A stretch of DNA of 24,423 nt from a virus, in the IMG/VR virus record IMGVR_UViG_2029527005_000001, positions 70,183 through 94,605 of that record, one strand, 5' to 3'. Every line of letters starts with the position of its first letter. The stretch's first letter is position 1. The notes under the pieces are model-generated. The model saw only the letters and a list, made by a program, of their open reading frames with translations. It was not told where the DNA came from and did not search any database. Of this stretch, positions 8,528-17,828 are shown in pieces. Both the position numbers and the translations under genes were made by a program.

Positions 8528-9658
8528 TTATTTCCCTGCCAGAATACGGGCCAGTGATTCCAGAGAATCGGCGCTGTCAGATTTCTTGCCTTTAGCTTCG
8601 AGTTCTTTCAGCGTATAGGTTTCAATCAGGCTGTCGCCGTTGGTGATGAATTCAAACACACCGTTGCGCTCATCGCAGATAACGATGCGAGACGCGTCTA
8701 CCGCACGGAAGATCGCATCCAGGTTACGGCCGTTGGAGAAACGTTTACCAATGGTCAGTTCGATCTGCTTAGCAGTGTCAGAGCTCATGATAAAGGTGTT
8801 CGCCATGGTGTTCATGGAAACCACACCGGTACGAAGCGCCTGCGCCTTGTTGATGCGCTCACGTTTCGCCATCTCTTCGAAGTAGCCGGTGTTATCTTTG
8901 TACTTGGTATTGAACTTCTCTTTGTTGATGTCGCTACCAGAGAAGAACTGTGGCCCAGTGATTTCACCACCGCCCCACATGGCCAGACGTGCAAACAAAC
9001 CGTCTTCAGGTTTTGCCGCAGAGAACACGTTAAGGATCTGTGCAGGCATCATGGGCATGGGGATTTCACGGAAGGTCAGAGGAAGTTCTACCTTTCCGCC
9101 ATTTGGGCCGTGCGCTGTTGCAACGACAACACGTCCAATTGCCAGAGGAGTGAACTCTGCGATCTCTGAATAAGACTTGCCGCCAATAGTAACAGTATCA
9201 CCATCGCTGCCCATTTCGGGTGCTTCGGAACCATCTTTACCGCCTTTGAATTTGTTCGGGTTCGGACCATTGCCGTTCATGGCTTCACAGCCAGCCAGCG
9301 ATACCAGACCCGCGCGACGCGGCTGAACACCACCGATGATCTCATCGATTTTGATGCCCATGCGTTCTGCGTTCTTGATAGAAATGTGAGCAAGTACCGC
9401 GTGCATGTCGCGCGCCATGACAACTTGCATAACTGCCTGCATGTAGTTGGCGTGCAGAATTGTCTTATCGATACCTACGATCGGCGAAACTAACGTGCGG
9501 TTCCCGCTATGTACAACGCTGTGCTTAGTCAGCAAATTGTATGTATTGCCGGCCTTATCCGCCACGTTGGAGGCCGCAGCCACTTCTCCATTCTCAGGAA
9601 AAATCATTTTTGCTGTGTCAAGCAGCAATCGACTAACGCCGATAATAGACCCTATCAT
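8528..9658 (-). CDS. Putative inner-body protein, phiKZ gp89-like, 376 aa
   Basis: AGAGG RBS. Central Gly-rich linker flanked by GCE-125 and GSE-145; PLAIGRVV motif. Divergent from the baseplate pair, as recalled for phiKZ-like phages. Confidence 0.65.
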   Translation of the reverse strand: MIGSIIGVSRLLLDTAKMIFPENGEVAAASNVADKAGNTYNLLTKHSVVHSGNRTLVSPIVGIDKTILHANYMQAVMQVVMARDMHAVLAHISIKNAERMGIKIDEIIGGVQPRRAGLVSLAGCEAMNGNGPNPNKFKGGKDGSEAPEMGSDGDTVTIGGKSYSEIAEFTPLAIGRVVVATAHGPNGGKVELPLTFREIPMPMMPAQILNVFSAAKPEDGLFARLAMWGGGEITGPQFFSGSDINKEKFNTKYKDNTGYFEEMAKRERINKAQALRTGVVSMNTMANTFIMSSDTAKQIELTIGKRFSNGRNLDAIFRAVDASRIVICDERNGVFEFITNGDSLIETYTLKELEAKGKKSDSADSLESLARILAGK

Positions 9659-9680
9659 ACTAACCTCTTATGGCTAAATT

Positions 9681-10796
9681 ATGAGTGAAAAATTTGATAT
9701 AAACGATCTCGCCGGGTTAATGAAAACACCAGGTCTAGCTCGCCCCGAATTTCTAAAAGAAAATGTTGAACAAACGAAAGCACAATCACCCATAACACCA
9801 GAGCAATTGGTGTCTATGATGGATTATGCTTTTTCTGAGCAAGGTGGACCTGGTTCACAGAGTCCGGTTATTAAATCATTGTCCGGCTTAAGGATCCTTG
9901 GTCCGGGCCACCAATTCATCCCCATAGCCGACGATGCCATAGGATTGCCTTTTGTATCACGCCCCCTTTTAAACCTCTCAGATGAGAACGTCTCACGTTA
10001 TCCTGGGTTATTTCCTCTGTATCGCAGTAAACCCAACAGCGTGATGAGCTATGTGCGAGGGCTGATGGATAAGCAGTGGGGCGCGGCGAACAGTGGAGCG
10101 ATTAAGTTCTTAGATCCTCTAACTGCCTGGATGACACCGTTAACCAACTACTGTAAAACCAGTAATGGCTTCCCTGATCTTTCGCTGAACGTCTCAACCA
10201 GCTCACCGGGTTTCCGTCAGGAAGTCTACCGCCACATCAGCGGGATCCTGCAGCACAACGGTGCTTACCCGATGCGTCAGAGTTTCCACATGTCACAACC
10301 TAAGTTCTTGCCTTATATCTTTGAGGTTTGGCTGAACTATATAAATGAAGTGACATTAGGGGATCATGGCCTTGAGCCTTACCCGGAAGCGTTGAAGCAG
10401 AACTATCAGGATTATGACTGCCGCATCTACCACATCATCCTGAACCGCAACATGCGTAACATCGAGTGGATCTTCTGTAACGCCAGCTGCGTACCCACCA
10501 CCTACCCATCAGGTGCGTTCTCAGCAATTGATCGCACAACAAACACGTTGCGTGGTCAAGGTCAGGACGAGTTCGATGTGCAGTTCGATGCCATTGCGTT
10601 TCGTTACGGCAACGTTACTGTGGCGCGTATGTTTAACGCCACCACTGAATACTTCAATAATGATCTGCGTGATGAAACCCGCGCATCCAAATATCGTCGG
10701 TTGGAATTCGATCAGTATTATGGCAACAACTACGAGCGTGTGTATCCTTATATCAATCTGGATAACATGACGCTGGAATATTGGGTGAAGAAATGA
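9681..10796 (+). CDS. Putative baseplate hub / tail-tube-like structural protein, phiKZ gp88-like, 371 aa
   Basis: Motif pattern GFPD...FEVWLNYI...DYDCRIY...CVPTTYP...EFDVQF resembles tail-tube-fold proteins. ATGA-coupled to the next gene. Function is inference. Confidence 0.6.
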   Translation: MSEKFDINDLAGLMKTPGLARPEFLKENVEQTKAQSPITPEQLVSMMDYAFSEQGGPGSQSPVIKSLSGLRILGPGHQFIPIADDAIGLPFVSRPLLNLSDENVSRYPGLFPLYRSKPNSVMSYVRGLMDKQWGAANSGAIKFLDPLTAWMTPLTNYCKTSNGFPDLSLNVSTSSPGFRQEVYRHISGILQHNGAYPMRQSFHMSQPKFLPYIFEVWLNYINEVTLGDHGLEPYPEALKQNYQDYDCRIYHIILNRNMRNIEWIFCNASCVPTTYPSGAFSAIDRTTNTLRGQGQDEFDVQFDAIAFRYGNVTVARMFNATTEYFNNDLRDETRASKYRRLEFDQYYGNNYERVYPYINLDNMTLEYWVKK

Positions 10797-13711
10797 CCAT
10801 TGAAATTACGTCGATTACCAAGCTCGCCAACAACCCGTACCGTGGTTTGAACTACGTCGTGGACAATCTGGAAAAGGCTTGGTTTGATCAAAAGGTAAAC
10901 ATCAACTCTGGTACACATCCAGTGGTGTTCTGTGCCGACCTCACCATTGGGGTGGGTTTTGGTTTCTTGAGTTCGCTCAGTGACGCCATCAGTCAAGTGT
11001 TCCCAGCGCATGCACGCTCTGTCGCTGAACTGTCGCGTAACATGAACGACATCGAGTACTATGGTTTGTTTGGTACGCCAAGTACCAGCACTATTAACCT
11101 CATCATCGCCATGGATAACCTGAAGGCCTTTGCACCTACAGCAACCAGCACGGTGAACGGGGTTAACCTTAGCTACCAAAAGATGCTGATTCCAAAAGAT
11201 ACCGAGGTCGATGTGGCAGGTTATACCTTTGCCATTGAGAACGGAATCGAGATCCGTTACAACGAGCGTACTGGCGTGCAGGTGGTGTATGACTCAACCA
11301 CCAATAACCCGTTCAATGCCATTGCGGGTAACGTACTGAAACGTAAAGTGCGCCCTATTAGCGGCAAGGATTATCTGGTTATTGAAGTGCCAGTCCGTCA
11401 GCTCGCCTGTTCATTTGATAGCAACATTCCGTCAACGGAAGGTGCGGGCTGTTCGGGACGTCGTGCTTATTCTGACTACCTGTATGGCATTCGTGCCTAC
11501 ATCACCGGCACTGACGGCGTGAAGCGTGAAATGGTCGTTGCCTATGACAAGGCAGTGTTTGACCCGGGCACGCTGACCATGACCATCGATCTGGATACTT
11601 CAGAGAGTGCGTTTGATTTCGCCATTCCTGATATCTATATTGAAAACGGTCTGGGCATCGGTACGGTATCGCTGTATGTCTACACCACCAAGGGTACAGT
11701 AGATAAAGACTTTACCGCCACTGACCTGAATGACTACAAGCCGGCTTACCGTGATTTCCGTTATGCCAATAACGATCTCAACGCCTATTCGGACTTCCTG
11801 CCAAACATGGGTGGTGTGCTGTGGAAATTCCATACACCTATCTCAGGTGGTACGATTCCAACGTCGTTCAGCAAGATCAAGTACGGTGTGGTTAACGGTC
11901 GTCGCATGCGCAGTTTGCCAATCACGGAAAACAACCTGATTGGATCGGTAGAAGACTACGGTTATTCTGCGGTGAAGAGCATTGACTTTGTGACCTCACG
12001 TCTGTTCTCCTTAACCAAAGAGTTGCCGCTGCAAAGCAACAAAGACTTCTACTCAGGCGTCAACTGCTTTGTGGGCACTAACTTGATCTCGGCTAAACAG
12101 CTGGTGAACTCTGGGGTAGCACTGGATAACGGTGCACGAGTAACGGTACCGGCAGGAACGATGTTTGACGTGACCAGTCAAGTTCCGACCCTGGTGAGTG
12201 CTTCGCAGCGTGCTGACATTGCGGCCATGACTCACAACGGTTTAATCGCCTACATGGAAAGCACCAGCTTGGCGTATCTGCCGTTCCACTATGTGTTCGA
12301 TACCACCCAGAATCAGGCCGCTATCCGCATGTATTACCTGGATAAGCCAAAGTTCGGCATTCAGAGCTTCCAGGATGAGAACACCAACCTGGGTATCGAA
12401 GTGGGTATTGATGCCGTGACCGTGACCTACGAGAACAACGGCTACACCATTATGGCACAGACCAGTTCCGGTCAGAGCTACAAGGTGCTGACGGATGAAC
12501 AAGTAGGCATGCAGCTCTCGGTGATGATTGCAGGCAGTAACCAACCGGCAAGCTTGAAAGGCGAGTTGGCGTACAAAACTGCAGGTGGTGAACGCGTGTA
12601 TCGTTTCCGCATGGAGAGTAATCTCGATGTTGATGAAAGCGATCAGCTCCACATCACTAACTTCAGTCAGTACGGTAGTGTCCAGCCGGATACACCTATT
12701 GCGCTGGATCTGGAAGTGTCGTTTATCGTGGTGCGTCGTGTAGGTACGTGGCAAACCGTTATCAGTGCCGACAGTGAGATCGACCAATCGCTGTTCAAAG
12801 ATCCGGTTCAGGCTATCATCAAAACCAATCTGGAACTGGTGCTGGGTAAACGTCTTGATCGCATCTATAACCGTGTGCGTCCTCTGGTGGGTGAAGGTCA
12901 ATACCAACAGTATGACTTCAACGTACCGGATGTCTATGATGAAGATGTCTACAAGAAAGAGAACGGTCAACTGGTGCTGGGTTCTGACAACCTGCCTATT
13001 CTGTTGCACAGCAAAGGCGAACCGATGCTGACAGATGCGGGTTACCCGATCTACAAGCATCAGAAAGGTGACTGGGTTAAAGATGCCCAGGGTAACTACG
13101 TTGAGCTGGCTCCGCGCGAACTCAACTACCACTGGGACTTTGTGGGCTTCGACGGTGTCTATGCGCTGAGTAAAGATGATTACGATATCGTGTTTGCTCA
13201 AACCATCAAAGACATGCTGGCGGATACCATCAGTCTTGACCTTGACCTGTTCAGTCAGCAGATCATTGACAAAACCCGTCTGCTCTATCAGCCGAAAAGC
13301 AAGCTGGGCTGGCGTAAAGTGGTGGTGAACTCCAACTACTACTCTGTGCTGAAACAAGATCTGTCGTTTGAAGTTACCTACTACCTGACTCGCTCTGGCT
13401 ATCAGAACTCTAACCTGAAGACGTCACTGAAGAACAACACGCCGAAAGTATTGAACAACTTCCTGTTCAACAACATTACGGTGGGCGTCTCGTCTCTGGT
13501 GAAAGCGCTGATGGAGAACTTGCCGTCTGATGTTGTGGATGTCAAGATCAATGCCGTGAGCGGTGACAGCACAGTAGACGTTATCTCGGCCGTGGATGAA
13601 CTCAGTGGCTTCAGTGTCCGTAAGAAACTGGTACTGGGTGATAACAAACTGCCTAGCGTCCAGGAAGATGTCAAGGTTGACTTCTTGCAGCACGATGTAA
13701 CCAGTCTATAA
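10793..13711 (+). CDS. Large virion tail/baseplate protein, phiKZ gp87-like, about 972 aa
   Basis: Start re-called at ATG 10793 (ATGA overlap with the upstream stop). Beta-rich; the N-terminal FPAHARSVAELSRNM...GLFGTPS segment is reminiscent of baseplate wedge proteins. Size and synteny fit. Confidence 0.65.
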   Translation: MTIEITSITKLANNPYRGLNYVVDNLEKAWFDQKVNINSGTHPVVFCADLTIGVGFGFLSSLSDAISQVFPAHARSVAELSRNMNDIEYYGLFGTPSTSTINLIIAMDNLKAFAPTATSTVNGVNLSYQKMLIPKDTEVDVAGYTFAIENGIEIRYNERTGVQVVYDSTTNNPFNAIAGNVLKRKVRPISGKDYLVIEVPVRQLACSFDSNIPSTEGAGCSGRRAYSDYLYGIRAYITGTDGVKREMVVAYDKAVFDPGTLTMTIDLDTSESAFDFAIPDIYIENGLGIGTVSLYVYTTKGTVDKDFTATDLNDYKPAYRDFRYANNDLNAYSDFLPNMGGVLWKFHTPISGGTIPTSFSKIKYGVVNGRRMRSLPITENNLIGSVEDYGYSAVKSIDFVTSRLFSLTKELPLQSNKDFYSGVNCFVGTNLISAKQLVNSGVALDNGARVTVPAGTMFDVTSQVPTLVSASQRADIAAMTHNGLIAYMESTSLAYLPFHYVFDTTQNQAAIRMYYLDKPKFGIQSFQDENTNLGIEVGIDAVTVTYENNGYTIMAQTSSGQSYKVLTDEQVGMQLSVMIAGSNQPASLKGELAYKTAGGERVYRFRMESNLDVDESDQLHITNFSQYGSVQPDTPIALDLEVSFIVVRRVGTWQTVISADSEIDQSLFKDPVQAIIKTNLELVLGKRLDRIYNRVRPLVGEGQYQQYDFNVPDVYDEDVYKKENGQLVLGSDNLPILLHSKGEPMLTDAGYPIYKHQKGDWVKDAQGNYVELAPRELNYHWDFVGFDGVYALSKDDYDIVFAQTIKDMLADTISLDLDLFSQQIIDKTRLLYQPKSKLGWRKVVVNSNYYSVLKQDLSFEVTYYLTRSGYQNSNLKTSLKNNTPKVLNNFLFNNITVGVSSLVKALMENLPSDVVDVKINAVSGDSTVDVISAVDELSGFSVRKKLVLGDNKLPSVQEDVKVDFLQHDVTSL

Positions 13712-13714
13712 CAG

Positions 13715-13746
13715 TAAACTACTGCGCCCGAGGGCGCAGTAGTTTA
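13715..13746. terminator. Bidirectional terminator between convergent genes
   Basis: TAAACTACTGCGCC-CGAG-GGCGCAGTAGTTTA, a 14-bp stem filling the gap between the stops at 13711 (+) and 13751 (-). Confidence 0.85.
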
Positions 13747-13750
13747 TTTA

Positions 13751-14458
13751 TTAAAAGTCATCCAGCAGTTCATTGAACACACGAATCAGGTAGAGGCGCA
13801 TCTGAAGGTGGGTTTTCAGATCCTGCAGATCATCATTGGTGCCGATCCAGGCAAGGCGATCAACCAGACGTGGCAAGCTACTGTAGCTGTTGTGCACTTC
13901 CAGACAGTACTCTTTAGCGACGCGAGTAATGAGTTCGCTGATGCCAGCAAATTCACTACTGGTGCCGTAGTAACGCTTGAGCTGGGTGTCGTCCAGCACA
14001 ATGAAGTTCTGCTTGTTGACAAACTTCAGGCGTTGAGAATCGTAGTCACGGAAACCACACACAAAACCCGCCACAATACCTTTCAGATAACCGTAGCGCG
14101 TAGGAGGAACACGACCCGGATTCTGCAGCAGCTCATACACGCGATCAGCTGTTTGCGTCAAGGCTTCGTAAAACTCCTTGCACACTTCCTGCCCAACTTC
14201 ACGCATGCCGCCAAAGCGCACACCGAAACGCACCACAACGTTCAGCACGGTCCAGCGCAGATCGCTTTCGTTCATGGCAAAGTTGCGGGTCATCAAACGC
14301 TCTTTGATCTGAGTGCGCAACGGATCCTGCATAGAGGTGATCAGCGTCAGAGCCTCATCAAACGTGAGTTCATCCGGCAGTTCAAATCCCAGCGTACGGG
14401 TCAGTGCGTTTTCAATATCATCAGTCAGCGTCTGGATATTTTCGAGATTAACGATCAT
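13751..14458 (-). CDS. Hypothetical protein, about 235 aa
   Basis: Start re-called at ATG 14458 (MIVNLE; TAAGGA upstream, 13 nt after the previous stop). Helical; no recognised motif. Confidence 0.75.
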   Translation of the reverse strand: MIVNLENIQTLTDDIENALTRTLGFELPDELTFDEALTLITSMQDPLRTQIKERLMTRNFAMNESDLRWTVLNVVVRFGVRFGGMREVGQEVCKEFYEALTQTADRVYELLQNPGRVPPTRYGYLKGIVAGFVCGFRDYDSQRLKFVNKQNFIVLDDTQLKRYYGTSSEFAGISELITRVAKEYCLEVHNSYSSLPRLVDRLAWIGTNDDLQDLKTHLQMRLYLIRVFNELLDDF

Positions 14459-14471
14459 GGTAGGCGCGTCC

Positions 14472-15989
14472 TTACAAGAGCTTGCCCATGCCGACATCTT
14501 TACCGAAGTTGTTTACCGCGGTACGGATATTGAGCAGGTTGTTTTCGATAACCAGGCTAGAGACGTCAGCTGCTTTCTCCAGGAAGGTTTGTGCTTCGGC
14601 TTCAGGAACCGCCACCAGTTTCGGTACGCCGTTCGGGTACATGTCTACCGTAAACGGACGCCCTTCTTTCAGCGCTTTCTGCTGAGCAGCCAGCATCATC
14701 TTGCTGATGGTGTCAACGTCGTTCGCTACCGCAGCCAGCATAAAGGCATTGGCTTTACTGTACCAGTTACCCAGGTCAGAGAAAGTTGTACCCGCCATAC
14801 GCAAGATCTCAACCGTGACTTTGGTGAAGTTGGTATAGACGTTAACCGCACCCGCCATCTGCTGATAGAAGCCCAGATAGCGACCGTCATTGCTGAGGTT
14901 ACTGATCATGGCAACCTGTGTAAGCTCTTCGGTACCGGCAAAGCCAAACAGATCTTTCATGGCTTCGGAAAGATCGTTCTTTTGCTCGTCCAGCTTTTCG
15001 AAGTTCTCGACAGTGGTCTTGGCAAGAATCTGCTCGATCTTGCGAACGAACTCCACGTCGGCAGACTGCTGGGCAGTGATCAGCGAAGCCGTGATCTTTT
15101 GCGCAATCTCAATAGAGTGTTTGGCAAAGTCATCTTCCGTGTAGGTCTGCTGCATCACGACTTCGAGCAGCTTGCTGAGCTGTGGCGTGATGTCTTTGTA
15201 ATTCAGCGACTGAATCACTTCCAACATCGCTTCGCGCAGTGCACCGCCTTCGTAATCGAAATTGAAGTTACGCTCTTTGCTTTTCCGCACGATATACTCG
15301 AGCTTGTCAGAGAAACGTTTCTTCGCCAGCTTGGCTTTCTTCACGCCTTTGGAGATGGTGGCGCAAACACCCTGAATCAGTCCCGGAATCTGCGTGAAGT
15401 TTTCCAGGTAGTGCTCTTTGCTCACCAGCTTAGAAGACAGGTACTTGATGGATTTGTTAAAGCGACCGTCCGGTACGTCTTCCAGGAACTTATCCAGATC
15501 CACCAGGTGAGCCGGGAAGCCCATGGCCAGCAGATAAGCGCCGAGTTGCTGTTTAATTTCCGGCATTTTCTCTTTCACGGCAGCAGCCTGACGATCAGAG
15601 GGCTTCAGACCAAACACGACTTTGATTTTATCAACGACCCACAGCACGATCTTCTTGATAAAACGAATTACCGCAACAATACCGGTTTCCAGCGCCTTCA
15701 ACGTGCTCTGGAAGAAACCTTCTCCGCCAAAGCGCGTGTTGTAGGTAGATCCCAGCGGGTCCATACTGCCTGGCTTGGCTTTTACACCCAGATAGAGCGC
15801 AGTAGCGGCGTCCAGCTGACCGGTACTGATAAAGCTCTCCACACCGCTCACAACCTTGGTGACCTTTAACTGCTTGTCGTAGTTAATGATCTCGGTCATG
15901 TCGATAGTGGCTTCATCCGCCTCGTCGAAACGAATGGTATCGATGGGATCAGACTTCCCCAGACCTTCAACGGTGACGGTGTTATTCAT
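14472..15989 (-). CDS. Putative head/ejection protein, phiKZ gp86 / SPN3US gp47-like, 505 aa
   Basis: GAGG upstream; overlaps the previous stop. GVE-51 and GGE-90 are followed by amphipathic GFFQSTLKALETGIVAVIRFIKKIVLWVVDKIKVVFG. Confidence 0.7.
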   Translation of the reverse strand: MNNTVTVEGLGKSDPIDTIRFDEADEATIDMTEIINYDKQLKVTKVVSGVESFISTGQLDAATALYLGVKAKPGSMDPLGSTYNTRFGGEGFFQSTLKALETGIVAVIRFIKKIVLWVVDKIKVVFGLKPSDRQAAAVKEKMPEIKQQLGAYLLAMGFPAHLVDLDKFLEDVPDGRFNKSIKYLSSKLVSKEHYLENFTQIPGLIQGVCATISKGVKKAKLAKKRFSDKLEYIVRKSKERNFNFDYEGGALREAMLEVIQSLNYKDITPQLSKLLEVVMQQTYTEDDFAKHSIEIAQKITASLITAQQSADVEFVRKIEQILAKTTVENFEKLDEQKNDLSEAMKDLFGFAGTEELTQVAMISNLSNDGRYLGFYQQMAGAVNVYTNFTKVTVEILRMAGTTFSDLGNWYSKANAFMLAAVANDVDTISKMMLAAQQKALKEGRPFTVDMYPNGVPKLVAVPEAEAQTFLEKAADVSSLVIENNLLNIRTAVNNFGKDVGMGKLL

Positions 15990-16392
15990 GTGCCTTTTTC
16001 ACCTCTTGAACAAGGTAAGACACCAGGTCCTTGTAGGACTGCTCGCTTTCCAGCGGCGTGGCGATCTCTGTTTCCAGTTCCAAGTTAATAGAGCTAGAAG
16101 AGACGCGGCCGGTAGAACGCAGTGAGCCATACATCAGGTTCAGGGTAGCAATCACGCCAGAGTAGATCGCTTCGTAGCCCACCGGAGAAACGTTGTTCCA
16201 GCGATCGAGCTGCGTGCGATAAACATCGCGTTCTTTGTCGGTCAGACTGAACGTCGGGTTCACGGCAAAGTGGTGCGCAACCAGTGCGTCTTTAAACGCG
16301 TTATCAATGATACCGCGCTGTTTGAAAGGACAGGTGATGCCTAACTCAGCGAGCTTTTGTTTAACGCGGACAATGTGATCTAAGTGTGACAT
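15982..16392 (-). CDS. Small putative head protein, phiKZ gp85-like, 136 aa
   Basis: TAAGGA RBS; lies between the gp84-like and gp86-like genes. Assignment by synteny and size. Confidence 0.65.
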   Translation of the reverse strand: MSHLDHIVRVKQKLAELGITCPFKQRGIIDNAFKDALVAHHFAVNPTFSLTDKERDVYRTQLDRWNNVSPVGYEAIYSGVIATLNLMYGSLRSTGRVSSSSINLELETEIATPLESEQSYKDLVSYLVQEVKKAHE

Positions 16393-16401
16393 AATGGTTC
16401 C

Positions 16402-17751
16402 TTATGCGGACAAGTTAGCAATTTTGACGTTCAGGATTTCCATCTCGTTGTTCGCGATGACCTGAGTGAAATGTTCGAACTCCTGGTATTTGAAGTCGCT
16501 GCCCTGAATGATACGACCCAGCAGACGATCAAACACAGTACCAGAAATCAGTGGACGAAATTCTGCGCACTGTTTTAACAGTACGGCGGCACGCTCGGCA
16601 AATTCCAGACGTTCTTTAGCCGGCATATCAACTTCTTTCAGCTTGGCGATCATCTGACGCACAGCATCTTCAAAGCGACGGAACGGGCTGTTGTAGTCAC
16701 CGGAGTAATTCATCACCCCGTAAACAAATACAAACGTCCCCAGGAAACTTGCCGCCATAATAGCCAGGTAGAGTGCCGGAGCAATCACCAACACTTGCAG
16801 GAACGCCATGGCAATTACCAGGCAAATCACTGCGGTGCTCTGAGCGATACTGGGTACACGGCTCTGTGCAAACACTTTCAGCGTTGCAGTAATGCCGCGG
16901 TCAAAGCCCATGCGGATCGCATACATATCAGCCAGAACTTCAGACGACATCTGATCTACACCCAGGCTCAATGCACGACGCGTATTGCGACGGGAAATCA
17001 AGGCGTTGAAATAGATTACGATATCGTTAACGCGGTCAGCATCTTCGGCCATGGCTTCCACGGCATCACGAGTTTCTACGCTGCTGTTTAACAGCACAGC
17101 GGTATTGCGGATGACAGCCACACGTTTCTCTTTGGTGTTAGCAGCACCCAGCGCAGAAAGCGCGCCACGCATAACGAAGTTGTCGTTAGCGGCAGTGTCA
17201 ACAGTAGAACACGCAGAGAAGCAATGACCCATCTCGTGAGCAATACAACCGGCGATCATTTCAGAGATGCTGATCTTCAGCTTCTGCACTTCTTCTTTCT
17301 TGAAGATGTCACCAACCGGACGACCCAGATAAAGCTTGATAGGCATCTCGGCATAAGCCCCACCCACCTTGCCGGTGCGGTAGTCGATGGTTCCTTTGAA
17401 CATCTTTCCTTTGTTCTTGGCGTACCACTGACTAAGCGTACTTTCAGTGACGTCAAGCCAGTTTTCAATATTTTTAATATTGAGAATATTGCCAGGTGAG
17501 AGATAACCCACGTCAACCATGAAGTTGGCAAAATCCATCATCTCTACGGTGATGTTGTTGAACCCGCAGTACTTTTCGATCACTGGCAGGATCGCTTCTT
17601 TTACCGAACCATTTAGCAAAGCACTGCCATCACGTTCGGTAACATGGGGTTCAATTGCTGCGGTTAATTCTTCGGCGAAATTGCTGGTCACGAAGTCCAT
17701 GAACTCTAACCCCGACAATTTCCCCTGTCGTAAAAATTCGATACCGAACAT
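16402..17751 (-). CDS. Virion-associated zincin-like metallopeptidase with a hydrophobic hairpin, phiKZ gp84-like, 449 aa
   Basis: HEMGH (17224-17238), downstream EVLAD (16927-16941), a ~42-aa hydrophobic stretch TAVICLVIAMAF...FVFVYGVM, and N-terminal GIE-5/GLE-16. TAAGGA RBS. Confidence 0.7.
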   Translation of the reverse strand: MFGIEFLRQGKLSGLEFMDFVTSNFAEELTAAIEPHVTERDGSALLNGSVKEAILPVIEKYCGFNNITVEMMDFANFMVDVGYLSPGNILNIKNIENWLDVTESTLSQWYAKNKGKMFKGTIDYRTGKVGGAYAEMPIKLYLGRPVGDIFKKEEVQKLKISISEMIAGCIAHEMGHCFSACSTVDTAANDNFVMRGALSALGAANTKEKRVAVIRNTAVLLNSSVETRDAVEAMAEDADRVNDIVIYFNALISRRNTRRALSLGVDQMSSEVLADMYAIRMGFDRGITATLKVFAQSRVPSIAQSTAVICLVIAMAFLQVLVIAPALYLAIMAASFLGTFVFVYGVMNYSGDYNSPFRRFEDAVRQMIAKLKEVDMPAKERLEFAERAAVLLKQCAEFRPLISGTVFDRLLGRIIQGSDFKYQEFEHFTQVIANNEMEILNVKIANLSA

Positions 17752-17804
17752 GGAGAGTTTCCTTATTTTATTACTGAGAAGGATATTACATAGTTTGAAT
17801 TGAA

Positions 17805-17812
17805 CATAAAAT
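17805..17812 (-). promoter_or_regulatory. Candidate late promoter ATTTTATG
   Basis: 8/9 match to the GATTTTATG motif, 54 nt upstream of ATG 17751 in the divergent intergenic region. Confidence 0.5.
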
Positions 17813-17828
17813 GTCGAGGCTATAGCAG

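Noticed and set aside
12242-13357. 371-aa minus-strand ORF inside the 972-aa gene
   Set aside because: Antisense shadow; no expression signals.
14313-15869. 518-aa plus-strand ORF
   Set aside because: Shadow of the 505-aa minus-strand gene, which fits the operon and carries family motifs.
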